IMG/VR virus record: IMGVR_UViG_3300035501_000578
Location: 47,956-111,955 of that record
Source: a virus
Lineage: Duplodnaviria; Caudoviricetes
Strand: one strand, 5' to 3'
Length of the DNA: 64,000 nucleotides
In this document: positions 50,757-63,580 of the stretch, piece by piece
Numbering within the stretch: position 1 is the first letter of the stretch
Layout: each line of letters begins with the position of its first letter
Made by a program: the position numbers and the translations under genes
The notes under the pieces: model-generated
What the model saw: the letters and a program-made list of their open reading frames with translations, nothing else
Database searches by the model: none
What the model was told of the DNA's origin: nothing

Positions 50757-53700
50757 GGCAAATGAAACAAAAAATAATCAAAGTAACGGACTTAAAAAGT
50801 AATTCAGACTTCCATCCTTATAAGGCAAATGGTTTTGAAAATTTGCGAGTGCGTTACCGGATTGAGTATATAGATAATAAGTATGACTGGGATATGTCTA
50901 ATAAGGCAACTTTAAGAGGTTCGGATAGTGAACCTTGGGAATGGTACACAGTTAAAATATTTGATGACCCAGGAACTGCCTTATCTGTTTATACTTCATA
51001 CCTTATTCATTGTCATATATATGATGTCAAAATGTGGATGGAAATTTATAACGGAGATGAAATGATTTATGAGCAATACATCGAACCGGAAAGCACATAT
51101 AAATATACTATGATGCAAATACTCAATACAGATATGAGAAGTGAAATGGATAGCAAAAGAAGTGAAATTTCTAAGTTATCAAATGCAATTATGAGATATG
51201 AAAAGTTTACAAAAATGATTCCTAAATTATGGGAACAGTTTATAGAAATGGAGGGAAATTAATATGACATATAAATTTGCATGGGAAAAGCGAGATTACG
51301 CAAAAATTGACAAGCTAAACGCATTAACAAACCTTGAAACATTCTGGGATGATGTACGGAAATTAACTCGGAATGTAACAAGTGACCATTCAATACACAG
51401 TTGGCAGTGTTTAGCTGAACAGAGATATGCTGAAATTCTGACAGATTGTGAAGATGTTAGAAGGGAATATGCTGGATATGGAAAACCAGTTGAATATTAT
51501 AATGAAAATTGGAACCGAGTTTATCTAAAGGAGGCGAGCTAGATGCGAGAAAGAATCAGTTATAGTTTTTATAAATATGCACCTGAAACATTTGGATGCT
51601 CTTTAAATGGAAAACATATTGAACTTACACCTAGAGAGAAAGACGAGATTACAATAACTTGCTTTGACCCAAAGCAAACAGAAGATAAGATTAAACGTGT
51701 TATACGTAAACGCAGAACTCAACGTAGACGTGTTACATTCGGTTTTTATAAGGTAAATGATAATAAACAATATATGTTCACAAGAGAATTGTCCGCATTT
51801 GATGACGATTTGCAAGGCAAACTGCGAATCTATAAAGAATGGAAAAGATATTGTCTGTCTAAGGATTGTGATTTGTCGGTCGCTACAATTACATCCGGAA
51901 CTTTTGACGGGAAGAAAATGTCAGAGGGTAAAGAATATAAATCACATGATATTATAGATATTACAAGACCTGTAAAAATTAGATACGCATACAATAATGA
52001 AGTAATATGAGGAGGTATAAGGCAAATGTATAGAATCTATGGAGTAGACGGATATCCAAAACCGTGTGCTTATTTTGATAACCTTGAAGAAACGATAGAA
52101 TTTGCAAAGGCAAACTATGATTTATCAAGTGTAAAAAATATGGAAACCGGTTACATTGAATGGAGTAATTTTCTAGCACTTTGAAGGAGGATAATGCATG
52201 TATAAATATGAAATATGGAATGAATCAGGCTTGCTATATGACAGCCTAAAAAATAGTGAAGCGACATATTATGATTATCATGAAGCACAATATGAAGCGA
52301 AATTATATATACAATCAGAGGTTGCAGATGCAGAGCCTGATGTAACAGAAGATGATTATTTGTATAAAATTATAGAATTAGACCCTGATGTTTATTGCGA
52401 ATACGAATGAGGAGGTAAAGCGTATGAAAGCAATTCAATTATGTTACAATACAAAAACAAACCATTCACTTGTTGTATTATTACGAGATGATGATTCAGT
52501 AAAGGAATTTGTAGTTTGCAAAAATTTCAACACAAACGCAAAAGAATATCAATGGTGGGATTATGGGCATTACTTCAATACTCTTGAATTAGCACTTGCT
52601 TACTGGCATACGGAAATTATGAATGAGCCATCATATGAACGATTAAGCGAACTTGCAACACTTTTCAAAGACGGACTTATTAAAGATGATGAACAGTCAG
52701 CAATGGAATACTTTGAAGATACCTGCGAAATGACAGAAAGCGAAATGAAATGGTTTGGAATTATAGAAAGCGAGGATGAATAATTATGAAAAATTATAGT
52801 TTTAAATTTAATGAAATAGGTTATGAAGTAAAGGCAAACACTGAAGAAGAGGCAATGGAAAAGGCAGAACAAGAATTAAATAAAATCAGTTACGGACTTG
52901 GTGGCGAGGTTGAATTAGTAAAAGAGGAGGAACTGTAATGGAAATTATAAAACAATATCCAGAATGTCGGCTAGTTGAAACAATCGGAAACTATATGGAA
53001 TGCAGATATGAAGTACAGGCAAAAAGCAATGATGGTTATGTAATAATGATGATAACACATGGAAAACAAGGATTAAAATTTGCTTATGAATGCCTTGAAA
53101 AATATAACGCATATCCATATAGGGAAAGGATGCGTGATAGAAAATTACAGAACCAACATATAAGAGAAGCGAAAAGAAAATATGGTCTTTATAAAGAGTC
53201 AGATGAATTTCCATGGTATCAAGAAGGAGGTAAACGATTATGATGATGTCACGAGAAGAATTTAAAAATACAGGCTGGAAGTGTAGCTATGAGGAATATG
53301 TAAAATGTTATTGCACCGACTGTAAAAGGGAAAACTGCATACATAGAGGTGCATTTAGAAGAATGCCAGAAAATACTGGCGGTTTGGGATTATGCCCTAA
53401 TCTGAAAGAGAGGTAACGCATGAAAACATATACGGTTTCAAAAGATACTAAAAGTGGTATGTGGTATGCACATGCAAAAGGATATTCGTATATTCCTGTT
53501 GCCGGTAGTTTCAGTGAAAAGAAATCGGAAGCAATGGAATATGCAAAAATGTATAATAACATGCCACATAAGGTAGAAGAGATCGAACAGAAACGCAGAG
53601 AAAAATTTATGGTTTCACTGGCTGAATAATAAAAAGGATGGTTGATTAATATGAAAGTAGCAGTAACATGGGAAATGTGTGGATATGTAGATATTGAGGC

Positions 53701-54171
53701 AAAAACAATGGAAGAAGCAATGAAAAAATTCAATGAAAGTTCAGATTACATTAAGCTTCCCACAAACGGAGAGTATGTAGATGGAAGTTTTCAATTATCT
53801 TCTGATGACATAGAAGAAATGGAAATGATGGGTAAATAAAAGAGCGATTTTAAAAGGGAAATGAGGTGATTATATGTTAAGTACAATAGAACGAGACTTA
53901 TATAAAGTCAACGGAATGATGGCAATAGGCTGGAAAGAGTTGCCAAACTATTGTGGAATCCCAGATATAGGATATATATGGCATAATGAATGGGCAGACC
54001 CTGAACTTGAATATAAAGGCAAACGAGTAAACGCTGCCAATGTAGAAATGTCAATGTGGGAAGATTATAACATTGAATGTGAGTTTCTAGGGACTGAGCC
54101 AACGGATGACGGATTTGCAGAATATATAAGACAGAATAAAGAAGATGTATATGAATTGATTGAATTACTTT

Positions 54172-54203
54172 AAAGACATTAGCAAAAAGCTAGTGTCTTT
54201 TTT
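54172..54203 (+). terminator. Intrinsic terminator
   Basis: AAAGACATTAGC-aaaaa-GCTAGTGTCTTT followed by TTT. Confidence 0.75.
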
Positions 54204-57200
54204 GTTGGAAAGAGAAATATATAAAGGCAAATGAAAGGAGAAAAAATTATGGCAGATATGATTAAAGCGAAAAAAGGAAATCACTTTGTATTAACGGAAT
54301 ACGGAAAGACATATGCAAGTTACCGAGATTGTGAGGTTGGGAAGCCGATAGAGGACGACGATGATTTATGGGCTTTGGAATGTCATGTAAAGAATGGTGT
54401 AGTTAAGGAAATACCTGATCCTGATTGGGTTACAACGGAAGGTTATTCAGTTAAGTATAGCCATAATGGATATGAGTTTTATGCTGGTAATCCGATTGTT
54501 TTTCCAGAACGGAAACTTGCAGAGAAATATATGAAATATTATCAGAGTAAACCTTGGTTTCATCATGAATTATACATTAAAACAGAAGTTTATGAAGGCA
54601 AGGACTTGAAACCTTGTAGGGAATACAATGGAAAGCGAATTTACAATGAATCATGGCTTTCTGATTTGAATTGTTTGGAAATCGGTGATCTTGTAGAAGG
54701 GAAAATTGTAGATAATTTAATGAATGCATTACCACCTGCTTGTATGAGAAGTGATTGCTGTCAGCTCGGTGAGCCACACGATAGCCGAATAGATGAAAAT
54801 GGAAAAGGTCACAACACTTATGAAACATTCAAGCGAATTGCAGATGGAATTTGGGAGTATTGTGGTGATTGCTTTAGAGGTGAAAATGTGCAGCGTGGAA
54901 CTGAATTACAGTATATGTAGAAAGGAACGGTAAAATTATGGCATATAAAAGAAAAACAGTTGATTGCTATGCAATTGAGGGAAATAACGGATATGGATGG
55001 GACATTGAGTGTAATTGTGAAGATTACAAAGACGCTAAAAAACAGTTGAAAACCTACAAAGAGAACATAGATTATCCGGTTAGAATTAAAAAATGGAGAG
55101 AAAGGATTGGTGAATAATATGAAAAATATGAATATTGATGAAATTGAGGCATTAACATTTGACGAAGCGAAAGTAAATGCTTTAGAAATCATACAGATAA
55201 AAGAACATGATTGTATATTTGTAGATTTCGAAGGTTATTTTGGCTATTCTTGCTTAGTTTTCAAGAACGGAAAACATATCTATTATGCAGATGATTATGA
55301 ATTACATCACGAATATATGATGAAAGAAGAAAACGGTCGAGAGAAATTAAGGCAGTGGTATATTGATGCAATGAATCGTATCTTATATACGGATAAAGAG
55401 TTGTTAGAAGAACCGAAAACATACGACGAATACCAAGCAAAAGATTATTTCTTACGCAATTATTGGATTATGAGATACGACTATGTATCAGCTTTTTATA
55501 TTGGAGACAAACAGTTAAAGGAATTGGAAAGAAAAAGAAGAAAGAAGAATTATCCGTATTATAATCCAGTTTCATTCTGCTATGTTGCGGATGAAAATAT
55601 TGTAAAACAATCTATAATGTACCGTGATTTTTTAGAGAAATCTTTTGAAAAATTACAACAGAGTGATGAAGCATTCAGAGAAATGGTAAGTTACGAACTT
55701 GCAAATCACGAAGCTTGTATAACCAATGATGTTACAGATGGATTGAGTGCGCTTGGAATGAGATATGAAGATTTGACGGAAGAAAGACAAAAGATTGTAA
55801 GAGAAGAATTAAAGAAACAGATTGACTATTATAACGCCGATTAAGGAGGTTGATTTGTATGAAAGTATTAGAACGATCAAAGTTACCAGATGGAACAGAT
55901 ATTCAGTTAGAAGATTGGCATGAAAATAATACGCCGGAATTTCCAGATTTATATGGATTTACAATCGGTGCATATCCAATCGCAAAAAATACAGGGAAGT
56001 GGAAAATTATTCGAGGTGGTGAAAAATTTAGATTGTCAATTAACCAGAATAAATATCATAATTACACAAACGAAAATGTCAAGGCAGATTACGAAGCATT
56101 AAAATCTGGTGAAAAGACATTACAAGATTTGGTGAAATATTTTCATGACGGTGAACAAGATATGTGGTATTTAGGTATGGATGTTGAGTATAAAGGATGG
56201 TGATAGTATGGAAAATTACATCATAGTCACTCATAGCGAAAGAACAACAGTTTCAATGTCACAGAAGGTAGCAGATAACTTACAGAAATACAAGTTAAAG
56301 GGTTGCCCATTTAAAAATTACACAATGCTTGATTTATTAAAGGATTGGGTGAGCATGTATTCGTGGCAAATTGAGCGAAATAAAAAGGTGTTGCTTATTG
56401 ATTTTATAAAGGAAATCAAGACAGACGGAAAATGGATTTATAAGAAAGATATGATTGAATTGATTAAGGAGGCAGTTTAAATGAAGAGAAATATTTATAT
56501 AAATTTTACTGATTTAAGTGAAGAGACACAACAGGAAATTATGGAAATAGCAAGACAAAATGTAATTGAAGAGGATGAGGATGAAATAAGAGAAAATTAC
56601 GATGATGATATGTTTGAACAAATTGTGTCTGAGCGAGCAGAAAGAGAAATATATAATATAAATTATGTTTTTAATGTGTAGTTAAGAGAAAGAAAATAAA
56701 ACAGAGTTTCTATAAAGAAAGTGAGATGGGCGAATGAATATTAAATCATACATTATAAACTTGCAGGAAGATGGAATTACATATACTGCGAGTTTAGATA
56801 TTAAGAATGCAATTCTTGAATATTTGAAGGGAAACAACACGATATATGTTTGTACTATGGATGATAACTTCCAATACACAATACAATTAATGTAAAGGAT
56901 GGTGTGATTATATGGATAATACAATTGAAAAGGCAAAGGAATATATTTCTGATTATTTTATAAGAGAATTTGATGATTATGATGATTCTGATTTTTCGGA
57001 TTTACATAACGTTCCATTAGCTTATACAACTTTAACTGATGAAGAAATTCCTATCAATGTAAAAATTGATTTAATCAATATGGAATTCAAAACATACATA
57101 AATGAGGATTTTGAAAATCCGGTAGTTGTTGAGAAAACGGAATTAGAAACTTTAAAGTGGCTTGATTTTGATATGCTGATTGCTGGTTGGCAAGGATATA

Positions 57201-57911
57201 TTGAAGCTCATATGGAAGAGTATATAGGAGGATAAACAGAATGGAAATCAAATATATTGATAACGAATTAATATGTGGTTGGTACTGTGTTAAAGAAGGG
57301 CAACCTTATGGAGATGGTACTAAAGAAGGTGCAGTTAAGGTGATGGAATATTTACGAGAGGAGACAGGTATATGATAGAACGTAAACAATGTATCAATGT
57401 ATGGTCAGATATGAATACATGGATTGACTTCTGTATTATAGTATTTGAAACAGATTTAGAAAAAGCAGAAGAGATTATCAAAAAGGCATATGATGAATGG
57501 TGGGAACTTCCAGATATTCAGTTTGAGCCTTTGGCAGATTGGGTATGTAGAAATTTAAACAAAAACGAAATTAAGTATGATATCTATTTTAAAAATGAAA
57601 CGGAGGAGTGAATATGAAACATTATAAAGAATGTGATAGAAGATATATTGGTGGAAGTGATATTGCTGCACTGATTTTAGTAGGTTGTCAGAATGATAAA
57701 GGTCTTGTAACTGATGTGTTAGATTTTGGAGAGGACGGAGTATATGGAGCCTACATTATAGATGAGAATACGGAAATTGGCTCACACTATTCTAAAGTGG
57801 CAACATTTAATGACTGGTTAAAAATATATGATGATGATGAACTTACATATAAAGTATATGCAGAGGAAATCAATATCTACAGAGCCGGTGATTTTGGTTG
57901 TATTATTCAGG

Positions 57912-58337
57912 TTATAAAGTAGCAATTATATTATCCATTCGCTCATGAATTTTATCCTTAACGGAATCAGATAATCCTTCAAATAATGGTTGTAAATGGA
58001 AAAAGTCAATCATTATAATATCGGCAAATGCATTTGCATCTATCTCAGCAATTTGAAGATTATATAATTCTACGGAATCACATAAATCAATAGGCTTATA
58101 TGAAGCAAAATAAAATACTTCATCAGTCTGTGCTTGCCATATGTGACGGAGTTCATGAGCAATGGAAAATAAATAATCTGGATTTGGTTTATTACATTTC
58201 TTCAGATAGATGGTGTTACCTGATGGATTACATTGTGCCATCATAGTATCAGAAGCGAAATGTGAAGTATCATAAGATACAGTTGGAACAGAAATATTAA
58301 GTAATTCACAAATATCCTCTATATATTCATTAATCAT
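57912..58337 (-). CDS. HExxH zinc metallopeptidase (ImmA/IrrE-like), antisense to surrounding array
   Basis: IAHELRHIWQ...EIDANAFA; GGAG RBS. Confidence 0.75.
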   Translation of the reverse strand: MINEYIEDICELLNISVPTVSYDTSHFASDTMMAQCNPSGNTIYLKKCNKPNPDYLFSIAHELRHIWQAQTDEVFYFASYKPIDLCDSVELYNLQIAEIDANAFADIIMIDFFHLQPLFEGLSDSVKDKIHERMDNIIATL

Positions 58338-61032
58338 GACGTGTCTCCCATTCGTTTGATTAGAGAATATTATAGGGGATATTATATTAAAAGTAAATAT
58401 TAAATAAAAACGGAGGAATTAAAATGAACGAAAATATAAAGCGTACAGAGGAATGGCTTAATGAAAGATATTTCATTTCTAAAATGGAAGATACAAGACC
58501 ACAAGATATAAGTTATTACAAAGGTGCGTTGGCAGCTTGTGAGTTTCTTGGTTACGAATGGAAACGAGATGAAAACGGAAAGCATACATTGATAAAGTCG
58601 ATATGAAGAAATGATAATTAAAGAATGATTTTATGTGCAAATCCACTTTTAAAAACCCTTAAAAATAGGCACTTTTGGAAGTGGATTTTTAGAAAGGAGA
58701 CGATAATATGAGAGTATCAAAGAAAGAACGCAAAGAAAACGCAAACAAATGGTATCAGATTTTTATGAATAGTAATTGTAATAAATCAGCCATAGTTGTC
58801 AAGAGATATGAAAGTACAACTAATCCTAATATACATAGAGTTCAGTTTTTAGCGGTCGCATCTTCATTAGCATTTATGGAAGAACCAATTGTAATTGCAG
58901 AATCAAATGCTTTAGGAATTCAAGGTTGCTTTATAGAACTGGTTGAATTTATAAAAGGTGGAATTGTACAGAAAACATATTATGAAGACGGTTTCAATGA
59001 GTGGTTAATGGAAACGATGAATTTTAGAATCACTTATAAAGACGGTCTTGTATTTATGTTTGAAAAGGGAATAGATGAATACTAGGGAGGAAATCACTAT
59101 GGCTAAATACAAAATGGTAATAAACACAGATACTTATAAATGTGGTAGATGTAGCAAGAAAAATTGGGAACCTGGAACACGAAACGATTATATGATTGCA
59201 ATAAACGGAATCACAAGAACGCTTTACAATATGCGTGAGGTTATGTGGCAGCTTGAATTGTTCCGTGGAAATTCATTTGTATCTTCAGAATATTCTGATG
59301 ATAACCCAGAAGAAAATTATGGGTTATCAGATAGATATGTGAAGTTTTTGAAGAAAAACACTGTAACATATTACGATAGATTGTGTGAATTTGAGAGAAC
59401 ACAATATTTGTCTGGCTACGGATGGATGCAAGGTTATTTTAGCGTTGGCGAAGTAATGGAAAAATTAAAAGCAGAAGGAATAGTAAGAATACCTTTCAAA
59501 TGGCTTTATGATATTAGACAGTATGATAAAGCAATGGATGGCTGCTATATGGAGATAACGAAGTTTTTATAACAAGATAGAAGTTGAAAGAAATGGAGGA
59601 ATGAATATGAGTACAAGAGGTCATGTGGCAATCAAGGAAAATGGAAAATATAGATACATCTACAACCATAGTGACAGTTATATTGATGGGCTTGGAATTA
59701 TGCTTTATCACTATTACAGAGATGTAAAAAAGGTCAAGACATTGATTGATTTAGGAGACACATGTTCAATATATAAGACTGTTGAAAATACCGCTAACTC
59801 TTATCAAGAACATATGAATAGAAATAGAGACAAGCGTGGAACAGTCGCAGATTTTCGAGAAGGAAAAAGATGGGAAGATTTAAATTCATATGATGTTACT
59901 TGGGATGAATGTAAGCCAAGAGAAACGAAAAATATAAAAGAAGTATGTGGTGAAGAATATACTTATATATTTGATACTGATGAAAATAAATGGTATGTTG
60001 CATATTACGGAGACAATTATAAAGTAAGAGAGCTAGAAGTAGTGTTGCATTCAAAGGAGCTACTGGAAAAATTGTTCTCAGAGAATTATGTAGCAGGTTA
60101 TCTGCCGGAATTTTACAATAAATGTTTAAATGCATAAGGCAAATAGAAGTAAGAATTTATGAAAGGATAGATGATTATGAAAACATATACAATAAGATTA
60201 AATTTCTTTTGGGACGACGGTAATGATATGCGAGAGTTTAAGATTACTGTTCCTGGAAATATAACAGAAGGTAAAATCACAGAAATCTTATTAAAGGAAC
60301 ATAAATATCTTAGCGTTGATGACAAAGAAGATTTTTATGGAATACAAGGAAGAGACCCAGAAACATTAGTAGATTATGTTTGCGAAAAATATAATTGGCA
60401 GTGGCAAGAATTTGAATATGATATTGATCTGAATTTTGATTAAGACAAATAGAAACAATATTTTAAAAAAGGTGTCGATATGGAAGATATTTTAGAAATT
60501 ACAGGATATTGCGTACTTGGGTATGATAAAGATAATAGTGTATTTGAAAATTACGGAAATATAAAAGAATTAGATAAGGCAATCAGTAAGGCAAAAGAAC
60601 TAACAGTAAAATGCAAAGCTGATGAATTAAGACGATTAAATGGAGAGCCGATTGATTGGATTGAAGTTGTAGATGCTAAAAACTGGGATGTGATTTATTG
60701 GGCAAGTTATGAGGAGGTCGATAATCATGATGATGACATTTGATATTCCTACGCCGGAAGAATTAAGCAGTGTAGATTATGAAACTGCTGTACAGTTAGG
60801 TGTAAATGAAGTCGTAAAGAGCATTAAAAAGGCAAAAATAAGAGGTGAAAGAAAGACAATGTGGCTTGGTTATCATAAGCAAACGGTAAATGGAATTTCT
60901 TATGAAGTAGAAGGAGCATTAAAAAAGATATTCAAGACAAAAGGATACTGGCTTGAACCTTATGGATATAGTGGAGGAGTTTGGCAGGAAGATACATACA
61001 ATATTTGTTGGTAAGGAAACGAGGTGTGAATA

Positions 61033-61236
61033 ATGTCAGATAAGGAATTAGAAAAATTATGGGATGAACTTGAAGATGTCCTGTTTGATGAAGATGAAAA
61101 TGGTGAACTTGTATTGGCAGGAGATTGGAACGTCTTTGAAAAGGGAACTGACAGAGAGTCAATTTAGGACTGGTTCGATGAGCATCATAGCAAGGGAGTA
61201 GGTTGGTTGATGAATGAATATGAAAGCGAGGAATGA
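61033..61236 (+). pseudogene. Small gene with internal amber codon
   Basis: MSDKELEKLWDELEDV...RESI*DWFDEHHSKGVGWL; TAG at 61165, frame continues to TGA at 61236. Confidence 0.6.
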
Positions 61237-63498
61237 TTATATGGAAGAAATTAAACAGAAAATCGAAGATTATGTAAGTAATATATTATTTCAACATGAT
61301 TTATCACCATGGAGAAATGAAACTAATAAAGCTATTATGGATAAAATTATTGCTAAATGTATGAGTGATTTGGAGACAAAGGATGGTTTGTTAGAATTGT
61401 TTGAGAACGATAAACAGGTCGAGTATTTTGTAAGGCAAACAATTTTATATTTAGTGTTGCAATAAATGCAGAATTTTATCAAGGATAAGGAGGAAATGAT
61501 ATGTATATTTGTAAAGATTATAGTTATATAAAAGGAACTGAAACATCTCTTATAGATGCAGGATATGGAGAATTGACGGTACATTCAATTCATTTCGATA
61601 GATATTTTTCGGAAAAACAAAAAGAGAAAAATAGTAAACTCGCAGAATCAATGACAAGAGATGAATGGAGTGTTCATTGTGATGAAATTTCAAAATCTTT
61701 AGATAAGAATATGAAGGAAATTATAAATATACTTGCTGGAAAATATAGTGTCTATCAAGCTTCAGAGATAACTGGAAAAAATGTATCATATGACAGTGAC
61801 TGGGATTTGTTCTTTTGGAGCAATAGAGGTTGGAACGGAAAAGATTATATGGACTGTTTTAGTCTTACATTTAATAAAAATAGAACACCTGAGAAAAATT
61901 TGGAACTATTACAAGAAATTGTTCCATTAGTAGAATCAATGCAGTATGAAAATATAAATATGCGTATTCAGTATGATGCAGAAATTAACCAGACAATGAT
62001 TAAAGAAACGGCAAACAAAATTTGTGAAAATCTTGTAGGGAAATTTATTGAATACCAAGGAATGACGGGCAAAATTAAAGTTGTTAGTGAAAATAATGGA
62101 GCGGTCAAGTATGGATTTTTTAGAAAGAATGCAAGAAGTAGATATTATCAAATATCAAACGAAACTCTTGTGGCAATGAATTTATAAAACGGAAATAAAA
62201 TTCGCATTCCATACAGATGCGACAAAAAAACAAAAGTCTTATTGGTTAGAACTTAACTGATAAGACTTTGTGTTTTCAAGGTAAATATGATATTATAAGA
62301 AACGGAGGTAGATATTATGCATATATCAACAGTAGAAGAAGATTATGAATATAGAATGAGACATATAGTAGATAAATTCCTGAATGATTATTCACAGGAT
62401 TTTGAAGATTTAAGTCCAGAAGAAGTATCAGAGAAATTATGGGAAGATTTTCCAAAGGAATTTGGCAGAGCAGTTTTGGAAGATATGGTTGATTTTGCAA
62501 ATGATGAATTGTTTGCTGGTGTTGTAGAAGATTAGAATGGAGGTTAATATTATGGGAATTACATTTGTAACATTTAAATCAAATAGAGAATTGGATATTA
62601 ATGAACTGAGAGAAATTTTATTATTGATGGAGAATCAGGAAACCACAGACAGATATAAAAATATATCTATGGAAATCAATGGAGATTTTGCAAAAATTAA
62701 AGTAGATATAAATGAAGATGGAAATGTTACGATATTATAATGGAGGTAGATTTTATGGAAATTACAAAAAATGCTTTAGAAAATTTGATGCTTATTTATG
62801 TAGACCATAAGAAAATGATGATAGAATATGAAAATCGAAATTTGACAGATTGTGAGGATTATGGTTTCCGTAAAGGATGCTGCAATACAGCAGAAAATTG
62901 GATGAGAGCAGTAGGTGTGAGTCCATATTGTAACTTTATTGAAGAGAGATTGTATGGATAGAACGTATTTTATTAAAAAATATGTAGATATATTTAGAAA
63001 GGGAAATGGTGATAATTATGGGAACAATAAACAAAAGCGTTAAAGACGTAAAAGAACAAATAAAAAATGATTGGGATGCTGAAAACATTGAAAATGTAAT
63101 TGAAGATATAATTGAAGATTTAACTTTTGATGATGATCTGAAAGTTGGCGATATTGTAGGACTTAATGAAGTTTGGAACGGTGAAGGAGATATTGATACT
63201 TGCCGAGACACTGAAAACAACAAAAGAGCCGGCTGGGCTGAATATTATATATTTGGTTATAATGAAGTTCGTAGCTCTATAAATGTCATATGGGAATATG
63301 AAAAAGATTTGGTTGATTTGCTCCCAGAATTTGATATTGAATATGACGAATTAAGCGAAGATGAAAAAGAAATAATTGATGGAAATTATTACGGCTCTTT
63401 TATTAATCGTTACGGTTGGGAATACGCAGAAAAGATAAAAGTTAAAATTCTGGATATAGAAGAAGTTTAAATATAAAATTAAATGAAAAGGTAATTAT

Positions 63499-63534
63499 AA
63501 AGCCACTAGATTAGAAGTAGTCTGGTGGCTTTTA
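63499..63534 (+). terminator. Intrinsic terminator
   Basis: AAAGCCACTAGATTA-gaag-TAGTCTGGTGGCTTTT. Confidence 0.75.
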
Positions 63535-63580
63535 TAATGGAGAAATAAATAGTAAGAATATTGGAAAGGTGGTATAATAT

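Larger units (their letters stand above)
48391..63470 (+). other. Dense array of several dozen small co-oriented early-type hypothetical genes
   Basis: Abutting 35-245 aa ORFs with GGAGG/AAGGA RBSs (e.g. 49055, 49592, 49838, 50344, 50762, 51264, 51543, 52198, 52938, 53420, 53874, 54231, 55107, 55850, 56912, 57372, 57608, 58708, 59075, 59601, 60171, 60480, 61501, 62317, 62740, 63006). Confidence 0.8.

Noticed and set aside
53828-53841. 13/14 match (ATGGGTAAATAAAA) to the predicted TnpB guide
   Set aside because: Not preceded by TTTAA and AT-rich; likely chance
46931-63223. Minus-strand ORFs in the early array other than 57912-58337
   Set aside because: Shadows of plus-strand genes with hydrophobic antisense-type composition
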